A DNA stretch of 64,000 bases, taken from assembly GCA_002363125.1 (NCBI GenBank), contig DEWE01000009.1:68489-132488 (forward strand). Direction: 5' to 3'. Under the pieces are notes generated by a model. That model worked only from the letters and a program-made list of their open reading frames with translations. It did not search any database and had not been told where the DNA came from. Origin of the DNA: Candidatus Saccharibacteria bacterium UBA3218 (GTDB taxonomy: Bacteria; Patescibacteriota; Saccharimonadia; Saccharimonadales; Saccharimonadaceae). Positions 1 through 9,219 of this stretch are shown piece after piece (within the stretch, counting starts at the first letter, position 1; every line of letters starts with the position of its first letter). The translations under genes and the position numbers were made by a program.

Positions 1-1180
1 TCTTCTGGAGCGCCAGCTAGTGTGTCCACTCCCACACGGAGAAGCCCAATAGCCGTAGCAAAGGAATGATCTAGATGGTCCTCCTCACCAATGATTAAAT
101 CTGGCAATTCATTAACATCCATCAAATGAATCGTCGGGCGACGCGAAAATGGTAGATTTCGATACCAATCCGAAACCGCAAGGGTTTCTTGGAGCATAGA
201 TAGACTTGCACCGCCGCCACAAAGCAAAACATTGCGCGGGAGGCTACTGAGTGCGTCAAATTCCTCTAGAGCTACCTCTACGCCTGTCAACCAAACACTA
301 AGGTTGCGAGAAATAGCAGATTCAACCTTTGCTTTTATATGGTCGTCTAATTTACCGGTGTCAAAATCTAGTTTGTAACGTTCGGCAGTATCAGTATCTA
401 CGCCGAGTGATTCGGCTATTTGGTGGGTAAAGCTTTTGCCGCCGATTGAAAACATCTTGGTGCCTTCTACGCCACCGTCTTCCACTACGGCAACATCTGT
501 AGTGCCACCACCAATATCCATTACCACGCTAGAGAAGTTTGATTCTAGGTCGTCACCAAGACAAGCCCTGCAAACCGCAAACGGCTCCACCGCTACAGTA
601 AGCAGATCTAGATTTAGCTCTGCACAAACCTTTTCGATGGCGGCAATATGAATAAGTGGGGCAAAAGCCGTATAGAATTGAATTACCACGTCGGACCCTT
701 TAAATCCTACTGGATTAGAAATTCTATAGCCATCGATTGTAAGAGAAACAATGGCCGAATTAATAAGTCTAATCTCTACATTTTTATTGCCAGTCTCTAG
801 AGCGACAGTTTTTTTGGCAACATCACCGGATTTTTCCTGAACTTTTTTGATGATATTATTCATCTCGGATTCGGTAATTGGTTTGTTGGGATTTTTGCGG
901 CTATAACGAACTGTAGTGGTATTTCCTTTGACAAGTTCGCCAGCAACACCTACAACGGTAAGATTGGCGCGCTCGCCGGCTTGTTTTTCTACGTCTACTA
1001 AAGCTTCTTCACAAACCGAAACCACGGCAGGGATATCAGCCACAGCGCCAGCGTACATATTGCCGTCTAATTGTTTGGCCTTGCCGACACCCAAAATTTC
1101 TAGCTTGCCTTTTTTGCCTGGGCGAGCCAAAATCGCTTTGACGAATTCGGTACCAATATCAAGAGCCAGGATAGTACTCA
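1..1180 (-). CDS. ftsA: FtsA-like actin-fold cell-division ATPase (3' end of gene lies beyond window start)
   Basis: Not in ORF track because it is open at the window edge. Manual minus-strand translation from ATG 1180-1178 gives MSTILALDIGTEFVKAILARPG...VVMDIGGGTTDVAVVEDGG...NVLLCGGGASL. These are actin/Hsp70-fold phosphate and adenosine motifs in FtsA order. The start overlaps the rluB stop. Confidence 0.7.
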
Positions 1181-1990
1181 TGGTTTAATTATAACACATT
1201 TACCTGGAGCTAAGCCAGTAAGCTGATATTTACCAAATTGGGTACGATGGAGGGCGGTGACTTTATAGCCAAGTGCAGCGAAAGTACGGCGGATTTGACG
1301 ATTGCGACCTTCAGTAAGCTTAACAATATAGGAATCTTCAGATACCGTCTTTCTCGGGTCGCGTCGCTCACGCCCGTTTGCCTTCGGCAATTCGTTCCGA
1401 GCGCCACGGGGCGAGCGCGCTAAATCTCGCCCTGCCGGGCTCCGAAATCCCCTCGAAAGAGGTATCTTAAGATTTCTTATAACCGTGAACTTACTTGGGC
1501 CATCATCTAACATTACGCCGTAGTCGGAGATCATTTGTTGATGAAGTGGCTCCAAGGGTCTATCAAGTTCCACTTCGTAAATTTTTTCCTTATGAAACCT
1601 TGGGTGGGTCATCTGGAAGGCAAAATTACCATCATTCGTTAATAGAATTAAACCAGAGCTGTCTTTATCTAGGCGGCCGACGGTCTTTAATTTGCGGTAC
1701 TGCCTTGGTAATAATTCGTATAGAGTTGGAGTTTTGCCTTGAGCGCGACGCGAACAAACATAGCCAACTGGCTTATTGAAGGCAATATACAAGAAATCCG
1801 TCTCAAACGGTATTATCTTTCCATTATAACATACTTTATTATTTTTGTCAATTTTTTCCCCTATCTTTGCGGTTTTTCCGTCCACAGAAATACTGCCGAC
1901 AGATATTAAATCGTCGGCTTCACGACGTGAAACGCCTAGGCGCTCAGCGAGAAATTTATTGAGCCGGAGCCCCTGGGATTGGTTGTCCAT
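1178..1990 (-). CDS. rluB: Pseudouridine synthase, RsuA/RluB family, with S4 domain; carries an in-frame palindromic insert
   Basis: 270 aa. S4 motif LRLNKFLAERLGVSRREADDLI. Core motifs FNKPVGYVCS, GRLDKDSSGLILLTNDG, TEGRNRQIRR. An atypical GC-rich segment encodes RGFRSPAGRDLARSPRGARNELPKANGRERRDP. Confidence 0.85.
   Translation of the reverse strand: MDNQSQGLRLNKFLAERLGVSRREADDLISVGSISVDGKTAKIGEKIDKNNKVCYNGKIIPFETDFLYIAFNKPVGYVCSRRAQGKTPTLYELLPRQYRKLKTVGRLDKDSSGLILLTNDGNFAFQMTHPRFHKEKIYEVELDRPLEPLHQQMISDYGVMLDDGPSKFTVIRNLKIPLSRGFRSPAGRDLARSPRGARNELPKANGRERRDPRKTVSEDSYIVKLTEGRNRQIRRTFAALGYKVTALHRTQFGKYQLTGLAPGKCVIIKP
1341..1465. repeat. GC-rich palindromic mini-element, family 1, inside rluB (core antisense to the gene)
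   Basis: Arms gataccgtctttctcggg / cccctcgaaagaggtatc. Core shares gcccgtttgccttcggcaattcg, gagcgccacggg and ccgaaat with the trmD and uvrC copies. Lies on the same (+) strand as those copies although the host gene is on the minus strand. ORF stays open. Confidence 0.8.
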
Positions 1991-2450
1991 TGTCTACCTG
2001 AGCTGGCGCAGTAGCTAGATTATTTGGTGTAGTTTGAGTCTGTGGTTCTGGGGCAGGAGTGGGAGCGGGTGCTGGAGCTGCGCGATCTCCTAATACTTCA
2101 TGGATGGTATTGACAACATCCTCAATGCCAACTTGGGATTTGACTAGATATTTATCGGCGCCAAGTCTCTCGCCGCGTTGACGCTGGTCTTCGCCAGAAA
2201 GCGCCGTCATCATAACGACTTTAATGCTGGAGGTTTCTGGAGTGGAACGCAAGATGTCTAACATATCAAAACCGGATATTTTTGGCATCATAACGTCCGA
2301 TAAAATTAAATCTGGCTTTTCGCGGACCGCTACGGCAAGGGCTTCTTCGCCATCACCAGCCGAAACCACTTCATAGCCTTCGGCGGCAATACGAATTCCA
2401 TAGATTTCACGTAGGTTTGCGTCGTCTTCGACTACCATTACTTTACTCAT
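1956..2450 (-). CDS. Single-domain response regulator (CheY-like receiver) with Pro/Ala/Thr/Gln-rich C-terminal tail
   Basis: 164 aa. MVVEDDANLREIY...LILSDVMMPKISGFD...VVMMTAL...K matches receiver-domain acidic pocket, T and K positions. No DNA-binding output domain. Tail is APAPAPTPAPEPQTQTTPNN. Confidence 0.85.
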   Translation of the reverse strand: MSKVMVVEDDANLREIYGIRIAAEGYEVVSAGDGEEALAVAVREKPDLILSDVMMPKISGFDMLDILRSTPETSSIKVVMMTALSGEDQRQRGERLGADKYLVKSQVGIEDVVNTIHEVLGDRAAPAPAPTPAPEPQTQTTPNNLATAPAQVDNGQPIPGAPAQ

Positions 2451-3865
2451 TGTTGTACTCCGTTTAAGTTGTTATTAATTTTTGGTGATGGTTGAACTAT
2501 CGTGGATGGTGGTACTGGAGGAGAAACTGGTGTAGCTGGCGGGCTGGTGGAGGGCGGCGCAGGTTGAGCAGCGGGCATTTGTGGCAGCGGTTGAACTGGC
2601 TGAGGGGCCACTTGGGCTTGGGCTTGAGCTCTGGCTTGTTCGGCTTGAGCTCTGGCTTGTTCGGCTTGAATCTGTTCTTGCATTTGTTGGTTACGTACAA
2701 CTATCATGCGTTTCTCATATTCATCACTGCTAATCCTAGGTAGGGAAACAAAGAAGGTGGAACCTTCGCCGAAGGCAGATTCTGCCCAGATGCGACCGCC
2801 CATAGCCTCGACGCGTTGTTTGGCAATATAAAGCCCGAGGCCAGTACCACCAATAGTGCGCGTATCGGAATTATCAGCACGATAGAATTTTTGGAAAATA
2901 TGACCAAGATCTTCCGAAGAGATACCAATACCAGTATCAGTAACATTTATAAGTATCTTATCGCCATCACCACGAACATTGACATAAATTGAGCCCCCCT
3001 CTGGGGTGTACTTAATGGCATTACTAATTAAATTATCCATTATCTCACGCATAAAACTTGGGTCGATGAAACCATAAACCAATTGATTCATCTGGCGACT
3101 TTCGCCAAACGAAATCGAATTGTTGGAACCGAAAGTAAGGGAAAGATTCGCCTCTTTGGCACGACCAATATATTCATCGGTAATGGTTTTTACCAAGCCA
3201 ATCATTTCAGCTGGTTCGAAATGTGGCTTTATTTTACCATCATCTAATTTGGTGACATCAAGCAAATCTTGGAATAATTTACCAAGGTGCTTTGAAGCCT
3301 TTTCTGCTGCTGAAAGATAGCCACGAGCGCGTTCATCTATAGTGGCGGTTTGAGGATTGAGTGCTAGAGAAAGGTAGCCATCGATGGTGGCTACTGGTGT
3401 ACGCATCTCATGGGAAGCGGTAGAGATAAATTCGGTCTGTTCGCCTTCTTCGGCAAGTTCTTTTGCTATATTACGAAAAGTGATTATGAAATTTGCGTTA
3501 CCAGCTAAAATAACAGATATACAAATTGGTACACGTTTATTTGATTTACTTGCGATTAAACAACATTGAAAGCCTTCTAACTGTTGCCCAGTTTTTATGG
3601 CTTGAATTAAAGGATTTTCGGCTTCTGACAATTCTCGTCCTTCTTTAGTCTCGATCCTAAGTAAAAGCCCGTAATCCAGGCCAGTGGCATTATTCGCCGA
3701 ATTACATTCTGTCATTATGACGCCAGCTGGATTAATGAATTGGATTATGCCGTTTCTATCTGTAATAATCACGCCGTCATTGATGTTATTAAGCGCCATT
3801 TCGGCCAAACCAGTTTGATTGGCTGTCGGAATTTCGCTAGTTTTATTGCGCTTAAGTATACTCAT
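2447..3865 (-). CDS. Cytoplasmic PAS sensor histidine kinase with Gln/Ala/Pro-rich tail
   Basis: 472 aa. H-box STASHEMRTPVATIDGY, N-box NLISNAIKYTPEGG, G1 DTGIGIS, G2 GGTGLGLYIAK. PAS-like N-terminus. No TM segment visible. 4-bp overlap with the downstream response regulator. Confidence 0.85.
   Translation of the reverse strand: MSILKRNKTSEIPTANQTGLAEMALNNINDGVIITDRNGIIQFINPAGVIMTECNSANNATGLDYGLLLRIETKEGRELSEAENPLIQAIKTGQQLEGFQCCLIASKSNKRVPICISVILAGNANFIITFRNIAKELAEEGEQTEFISTASHEMRTPVATIDGYLSLALNPQTATIDERARGYLSAAEKASKHLGKLFQDLLDVTKLDDGKIKPHFEPAEMIGLVKTITDEYIGRAKEANLSLTFGSNNSISFGESRQMNQLVYGFIDPSFMREIMDNLISNAIKYTPEGGSIYVNVRGDGDKILINVTDTGIGISSEDLGHIFQKFYRADNSDTRTIGGTGLGLYIAKQRVEAMGGRIWAESAFGEGSTFFVSLPRISSDEYEKRMIVVRNQQMQEQIQAEQARAQAEQARAQAQAQVAPQPVQPLPQMPAAQPAPPSTSPPATPVSPPVPPSTIVQPSPKINNNLNGVQQ
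2621..2662. repeat. Perfect 21-bp tandem duplication inside histidine-kinase tail
   Basis: ggcttgagctctggcttgttc occurs twice in a row, with partial copies on both sides. Encodes the AEQARAQ AEQARAQ repeat on the minus strand. Confidence 0.9.
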
Positions 3866-3913
3866 CTGAATTTATTTTAACACAAGCTAAATAAAATGTG
3901 GTATATTTTAATT

Positions 3914-5566
3914 ATGAATAAAGATGTGATTTATATTGAGCCCGAAGATGATATTACAGATATCATTTCTAAGATTGAAGGTTCCAAGGAAAAAATAGTT
4001 GCGCTAGTGCCACCAAAAAAGGCTGGCGTGTTTCGCAGCGTAGTGAATATAAAATTGATTTCTAAGGCCGGTGCTACTTCAGAAAAAACAGTAGTACTAG
4101 TAACTACTGATCCGTCTATTATCAAAATTGCTTCGGCTACAAAAATGCCAGTAACTAAAGATCTACAGACTCCTCCTGCCGTACCAAATGCAGATGTGGA
4201 AGTAGAAGAAGTGTCTAAAGAAGAAGTCGTGGAAGAACCAGAGGATGACGAAGAGGATGAAAAAGAGGAGAAAGAGGAAGAGGAGAAAGAAGAAAAGGAA
4301 ACTCCAAAAGATAAGGAGAAAGAAAAGAAAATTAAGAAAGCAAAAAAGGTTGGCGAAAAAACTGGCAATCTAGTAATAGACTGGGTTAAATCACATAAGA
4401 AATTGACGATATTCGGTGGAGTCGGGGTTTTGTTGCTCATAATCTTTTTGATTTGGGCCTTTGCCATTGCCCCAGCAGCTACAGTGATAGTAGAAATCCA
4501 AACTGAGTCTAAGAATTTTGCCGAAAACGTGAATTTTACAACCAATGCCGCAGATGAGAATATTAAGGACGGGAAGCTTTATCTACAAGAGAAGAAGATA
4601 GAGTCCGTACAAGAGATAAAATTTGACGCTACTGGACAGAAAAATAAAGGCGAAAAAGCCAGTGGCAAATTAGATATCAGTGTGGTTTTTGCAGCATCTG
4701 GAACAATTTCAATTAACGCCGGAACTAAATTTACCATAAATGATTTGACCTACTTAGCAAACGAAAATACTAGTTTACAATGGGATGGTAACGAAGATAA
4801 TTGTGAAAATGATAAGGGTAGGATCGTAGCAGGCAGAATTAGGTGTGAAGTTTCGGGCGTAGTAAGCGTTACGGCGTCGGAGGCTGGTACAAAATACAAT
4901 ATTGCACCATCGAGTTCTGGATGGAACACGATTTCTGGAATCAGTGTAGTATCTACAGAAGCGATGACTGGCGGCACGGATGATATAGTGACCGTAGTAG
5001 AACAATCTGATGTAGAAAAAGCCAAAGATCAACTAAAAACCTCAAACGAGAGCGAAAATAAGAAGAAATTATATGATGGCATAGATGATAATATGCTAAT
5101 TATTGAATCTAGCTTTAAGCAAGAAACTTCTACTGCAGAGGCCACTCCGGCAGCTGGTGAAGAAGTAAAAGAGGGTGTCACTCCAGTGCTTAAAGCCACG
5201 ACTACGGCCACTGTATATGTAGTAGAGAAAACAAAAGTAGAAGAATTTATTGCCGAAAAAGCTAAATTAAATGAAGATCAGAAAATTTATGAAATCAATA
5301 ATCCTTTTATTGAGAATTTCGTAGCCACTGATGGCGGATTTACTGGCAGGTTAAAGACTAGCTATGCTGTGGGCCCGAAGGTAACAGAGAGTGAAATTGT
5401 TGATATCGTAAAAGGTAAAGGTATTGGCGACGTTCAGCATCAATTGAAAGATATTAATGGCATAGTATCTGTGACCATTAATCCGTCCTACCCATGGGTC
5501 AACACGATTCCTAATGACACAAATAAGATCACAATTGAATTAGAAATCAAAAAGAAAGAAAGCTAA
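3914..5566 (+). CDS. Hypothetical single-pass membrane protein with acidic Glu/Lys low-complexity linker
   Basis: ORF 3896-5566. Start preferred at ATG 3914 (MNKDVIYIEPEDD) because TGgTATATT (3899-3907) sits 6 nt upstream. E/K-rich stretch, then TM LTIFGGVGVLLLIIFLIWAFAIA. No family recognised. Confidence 0.6.
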   Translation: MNKDVIYIEPEDDITDIISKIEGSKEKIVALVPPKKAGVFRSVVNIKLISKAGATSEKTVVLVTTDPSIIKIASATKMPVTKDLQTPPAVPNADVEVEEVSKEEVVEEPEDDEEDEKEEKEEEEKEEKETPKDKEKEKKIKKAKKVGEKTGNLVIDWVKSHKKLTIFGGVGVLLLIIFLIWAFAIAPAATVIVEIQTESKNFAENVNFTTNAADENIKDGKLYLQEKKIESVQEIKFDATGQKNKGEKASGKLDISVVFAASGTISINAGTKFTINDLTYLANENTSLQWDGNEDNCENDKGRIVAGRIRCEVSGVVSVTASEAGTKYNIAPSSSGWNTISGISVVSTEAMTGGTDDIVTVVEQSDVEKAKDQLKTSNESENKKKLYDGIDDNMLIIESSFKQETSTAEATPAAGEEVKEGVTPVLKATTTATVYVVEKTKVEEFIAEKAKLNEDQKIYEINNPFIENFVATDGGFTGRLKTSYAVGPKVTESEIVDIVKGKGIGDVQHQLKDINGIVSVTINPSYPWVNTIPNDTNKITIELEIKKKES

Positions 5567-5580
5567 ATTAGAAGTTTAAA

Positions 5581-6999
5581 ATGAAGATTTTATCCTTAGA
5601 TGTAGGTGAAAAGCGCATCGGCGTGGCACGTGCTGATTCTGGAACTAGAATTGCAGTACCAGTTGGTGTCATAGAGGTTGATGGCTCTGAGTGGCAAGAA
5701 ATTACACGCTTAGCAAAGCTTAATAGCACCAATTTCTTTGTTTTGGGTCTTCCTCGAAGCAACGAAGGAAACGAAACTAAACAGTCTGCTTACGTACGGC
5801 AGTTTGCAAAAACTCTCGTAGAAAAAATACCGGAGGCGAAGATTCGTTTTCAGGACGAATCGCTCACGTCAGTGGTTGCAGAGGAAAGATTAAAATCTCG
5901 TAAGAAAAAATATGAGAAAGGCGAAATTGATGCTGAGGCTGCTTCTATTATTTTGCAGGATTTTTTAGAGAGTTTTGGTCAAAGCATTCCAGAACTATCT
6001 TCTGAGGACCGTAAGCTTGGGCGAGCGCCCTTGAGCGTATCTGAAGAAGATGGTTCGGAACGCTTACAAAGTGTTGCTAATCTAGCAAAAAAAGAGGCAG
6101 ATAAAGTTAAATTAAATACTAAAAAGGCGAAACATAAGATGAAGACTGCAACGAAATGGATTTCTGGGGTGGCTGTAATAGTAATAATTGGATTAGCGGC
6201 AACTGGAATAGCATTGTTTATTAGAGACCAAAGATACAAAGAATATGCTGCTTATTTTGCTGAAGTAGAAGCTAACATGAAAGCAGATGTTTTTGATTTT
6301 ACGATTCGCCCTGGTGAAACGATTTTTGACATTAAAAAACACTTGATTGAAGTAGGGTATTCGGAAAATGAAGTAGACACAGCGCTAAATGCCGACTATG
6401 GCTTTGCCTTTTTGCAAAGTAGGCCAGCTGGGGCGAGTTTAGAGGGCTACCTCTATGGCGAAACACATGAATTTTATAGCGATACATCCGCAAAAGACGT
6501 CATAAAAACATATCTTGATGGCATGAAAAAAGTAATAGATGATAATGATTTAGAATCTAGATATGCGGAAAAGGGATTATCTTTGTATGAAGGAATTACT
6601 TTAGCATCAATAGTGCAAAAAGAGGCCCCTTCTCCAGAGATGCCAACCGTGGCACAAGTGTTTTTGACACGTATGGACTACGGAATACCCCTTGGAAGCG
6701 ATGTAACGGTGTCCTACGCGCTTGATACTATTGATCCTGATAGACAGACGTATACGGACAATCAAAGCGCCCTAAAGATCGACTCTTGCTATAATACACG
6801 AATTTATGCTGGTCTCCCCTGTGGACCAATCTCTAACCCAGGGCTATCCGCACTTCTATCCGTAGCAGATCCATCAGATACGGCTTATCTTTATTTCTTG
6901 ACAGGAGACGACGGAATAATGTATTATAGTTATACAGAGGCGGAGCATATTCAGAATATCCGTAGTCATTGCCAAGACCTCTGTGAAATATCATTATGA
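5581..6999 (+). CDS. ruvX/mltG: Fusion protein: RuvX/YqgF resolvase-like nuclease (N-terminal) + MltG/YceG endolytic transglycosylase (C-terminal)
   Basis: 472 aa. N-terminal part has MKILSLDVGEKRIGVARAD...VLGLPRSNEGNET...DESLTSV (YqgF). Then TM WISGVAVIVIIGLAATGIALFI. Then YceG motifs LEGYLYGETHEF, LASIVQKEA, YNTRIYAGLPCGPISNPG. The junction carries the palindromic element 5989-6058. Confidence 0.8.
   Translation: MKILSLDVGEKRIGVARADSGTRIAVPVGVIEVDGSEWQEITRLAKLNSTNFFVLGLPRSNEGNETKQSAYVRQFAKTLVEKIPEAKIRFQDESLTSVVAEERLKSRKKKYEKGEIDAEAASIILQDFLESFGQSIPELSSEDRKLGRAPLSVSEEDGSERLQSVANLAKKEADKVKLNTKKAKHKMKTATKWISGVAVIVIIGLAATGIALFIRDQRYKEYAAYFAEVEANMKADVFDFTIRPGETIFDIKKHLIEVGYSENEVDTALNADYGFAFLQSRPAGASLEGYLYGETHEFYSDTSAKDVIKTYLDGMKKVIDDNDLESRYAEKGLSLYEGITLASIVQKEAPSPEMPTVAQVFLTRMDYGIPLGSDVTVSYALDTIDPDRQTYTDNQSALKIDSCYNTRIYAGLPCGPISNPGLSALLSVADPSDTAYLYFLTGDDGIMYYSYTEAEHIQNIRSHCQDLCEISL
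5989..6058. repeat. GC-rich palindromic mini-element, family 2, at the ruvX-mltG junction
   Basis: Arms ccagaactatcttctgaggac / gtatctgaagaagatggttcgg. Core ggaccgtaagcttgggcgagcgcccttgagcgt is nearly the same as the intergenic copy at 48411-48489. Translated as SSEDRKLGRAPLSVSEEDGSE. Confidence 0.75.
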
Positions 7000-8114
7000 C
7001 GAAAAATAAGAAAAAATTTAATTTCGAACGATATAAAGGTATTATTCCTTACTTTTTGGTTGGAATTTTAACTTTAGTTTTAGTTTTTATAGGTTCCGTA
7101 GATAAACATAGTTCCAGTGCTAATCTAAGCCTAGATACTTTTGTAGCAAATGACTACACTGTATCTGTTGATCAACTTTCTGAGTTATACATGGTGGCAG
7201 ACTTATCGGATGCTTTGGGTCTTGCAAGTGCTCCAGACGTGGCATCTAATTATGTTATTACCAGCACTCTATTTGACTCTGGTCAGACCTCTATTGGCAA
7301 GATAGAAAAACCAAACATTACGGATATCACGGTTTCGCGTGGTGTTGTTGAACACGTAGTAGCTGATGGCGAAAGTATGGACACTATAGCTGCCAAATAT
7401 GGCGTTTCTACAGATGAAATTCGCTGGTCCAATGGCATGAAAGATACAGACGTTTCGCCAGGCGATTTACTCTATATACCGAGCGTATCCGGCATCGTCT
7501 ATACCGTCAAATCTGATGACACCATTGAGAGCATAGCAGAGAAGTATGGGTCTAATGTAGCGGAAATTATAGCCCTAAATGACCTAGAAGTCTCTGGTAT
7601 AGGTGAGGGGATGCGTATAGTTATCAAGAATGGGTCATTGCCGGAGACTGAGCGTCCAGAATATGTACCACCGAGGCGAACCACTACTTATAACTATACA
7701 TACTTGGGTGATTCCTCCTCAAGGCAAAACGTACAAGTCATTGCTACAGGCTTTTATGATTCTGCGTACTCTTATCCAAACCCTAACCCAGGGGTGCCTG
7801 GTTGGTGTACGTGGTATGCATGGTACTGGCGCGCCACGAGCCCTCTATCACTCGGGGAATTGGGGCACGAGGGGCGCAATGCGAATACATGGAATTATAA
7901 TTATTCCTACCGTGGCGTAGGAAATACCCCAGCGGTTGGTGCAGTATTCCAAAGCCCTTATGGCGGTGGTGGTTATGGGCACGTCGGTGTAGTGGTTGGA
8001 ATTAATGACGATGGGTCTATTGTTGTACAAGAAATGAATTATGCTGGCAGATATGTAGTTACACAGGCGACTATCCCAGCTTCTAGTGTAGGTAATTTTA
8101 ATTATATCTATTAA
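6996..8114 (+). CDS. Membrane-anchored peptidoglycan hydrolase with two LysM domains and a C-terminal CHAP domain
   Basis: 372 aa. N-terminal TM. Two LysM-like repeats (HVVADGESMDTIAAKYGVSTDEIRWSN; YTVKSDDTIESIAEKYGSNVAEIIALN). CHAP Cys/His context CTWYAWYWR ... GHVGVVVG. ATGA overlap with the upstream gene. Confidence 0.8.
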   Translation: MTKNKKKFNFERYKGIIPYFLVGILTLVLVFIGSVDKHSSSANLSLDTFVANDYTVSVDQLSELYMVADLSDALGLASAPDVASNYVITSTLFDSGQTSIGKIEKPNITDITVSRGVVEHVVADGESMDTIAAKYGVSTDEIRWSNGMKDTDVSPGDLLYIPSVSGIVYTVKSDDTIESIAEKYGSNVAEIIALNDLEVSGIGEGMRIVIKNGSLPETERPEYVPPRRTTTYNYTYLGDSSSRQNVQVIATGFYDSAYSYPNPNPGVPGWCTWYAWYWRATSPLSLGELGHEGRNANTWNYNYSYRGVGNTPAVGAVFQSPYGGGGYGHVGVVVGINDDGSIVVQEMNYAGRYVVTQATIPASSVGNFNYIY

Positions 8115-9103
8115 TTTAAGCTCCAGTTGTTTGCTCCGAGTGAGCGAATGATAGATTTAACCTCAAGCATAGTGATGGTTTCGTTAAAAATCTCTGGTGG
8201 AAGATGAGTTTTTGTCATGATGTCTTCGCCAGAGCGAATGCCTTCTCCAAGGGCTTGGAGGATTTTGGTCTCCACGTCGTTGTCGCCAAATAATTTGGCT
8301 TGCTTTAAGTTTTTACGTTTTTTAAGGTATTCTTCCGGAAAAAGTAGCTCCAAAACATCTCTGGGCTCCGTATAGGGAATTGCACCTTGTTTGATAAGCT
8401 TGTTGCACCCCTGAGAGTACGGATTCGTGATATTGCCAGGTACAGCAAAAACGTCTTTGCCCTGATTGATGGCGTGGGTAGCCGTGTTGAGGGAACCAGA
8501 TTTCTCGGCCGCCTCTACTATTATAACTATATCTGAGAGTCCAGAGATTAGGCGATTTCGCTCGAGAAAGCTAACTTTGGGTAAAACACTATCCCCCGGA
8601 GCATATTCACTAATTATGGCTCCGTTTTTCTCAATAATCTCTTCAGCAAGGGGCTTATGTGCTCTAGGATAAATTTGATCTATTGGGGTGCCAAGAATTG
8701 CCACGGTCGTACCGCCAGCGTCAAGACAACCCCTATGGGCGATTGAATCAATGCCAAAGGCAAGCCCAGAAACTACTACTGCGCCACGTTTACCTAACTC
8801 ATAGGCCAGTCTATAGGCTATTTCTTCGCCATACTTGGTATTGTGGCGACTGCCGACAATAGCAACAGTTTTTGGGCGTTCTGTCTTAGAGTTTGTTCGG
8901 TTTTTTGCGCTTGATTTTTGTGGATTTTGGTGTTGTTTTAGGTTGTTTTTGTCATTTGTTTTTGACATATTTTCTGGTATTTTTCCATAAAAATACAATG
9001 TTTTAGGCTTAAGCACAATATGCTCTAACACCTCTGTAAAATCGTGCTCTAGAGGTGAAATTTGGTTGATTTTTGTAGAAAAGTGTGAAAAAAGTGTTGA
9101 CAT
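8111..9103 (-). CDS. dprA: DNA-processing protein DprA (Smf)
   Basis: ORF 8111-9163. Start preferred at internal ATG 9103 (MSTLFSHF), preceded by aaggaaaaat. Rossmann-like DprA motifs VVSGLAFGIDSIAHRG, SGSLNTA. 4-bp convergent overlap with the CHAP gene. Confidence 0.85.
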   Translation of the reverse strand: MSTLFSHFSTKINQISPLEHDFTEVLEHIVLKPKTLYFYGKIPENMSKTNDKNNLKQHQNPQKSSAKNRTNSKTERPKTVAIVGSRHNTKYGEEIAYRLAYELGKRGAVVVSGLAFGIDSIAHRGCLDAGGTTVAILGTPIDQIYPRAHKPLAEEIIEKNGAIISEYAPGDSVLPKVSFLERNRLISGLSDIVIIVEAAEKSGSLNTATHAINQGKDVFAVPGNITNPYSQGCNKLIKQGAIPYTEPRDVLELLFPEEYLKKRKNLKQAKLFGDNDVETKILQALGEGIRSGEDIMTKTHLPPEIFNETITMLEVKSIIRSLGANNWSLN

Positions 9104-9219
9104 ATTTTTCCTTGTGTGATATAATGATAGCAGTTGGGTCACAAAAAGTGCCCCACACCGCACCTAAATAAGTTATAATTTCGCTATACTGCTTCCAGTG
9201 TAGCAGAAATTGCGTGCTT

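Noticed and set aside
4200-4330. Purine-rich gaa/gag repeats as a possible simple-sequence contingency locus
   Set aside because: The repeats are imperfect and non-tandem, encoding an acidic Glu/Lys linker. There is no homopolymer or perfect short tandem tract that would slip.
3931-4545. 204-aa minus-strand ORF antisense to the 3914-5566 gene
   Set aside because: It is the Ser/Phe-rich mirror image of the sense-strand Glu/Lys low-complexity tract. It has no start context and lies entirely inside a better-supported gene.
6990-7000. Possible alternative genetic code (UGA recoding), as in some candidate-phyla bacteria
   Set aside because: TGA terminates conserved genes at the expected lengths (the mltG fusion at 6997-6999, trmD at 15727-15729, the 28918-30327 gene at 30325-30327). 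No conserved protein shows in-frame TGA. The standard code fits.
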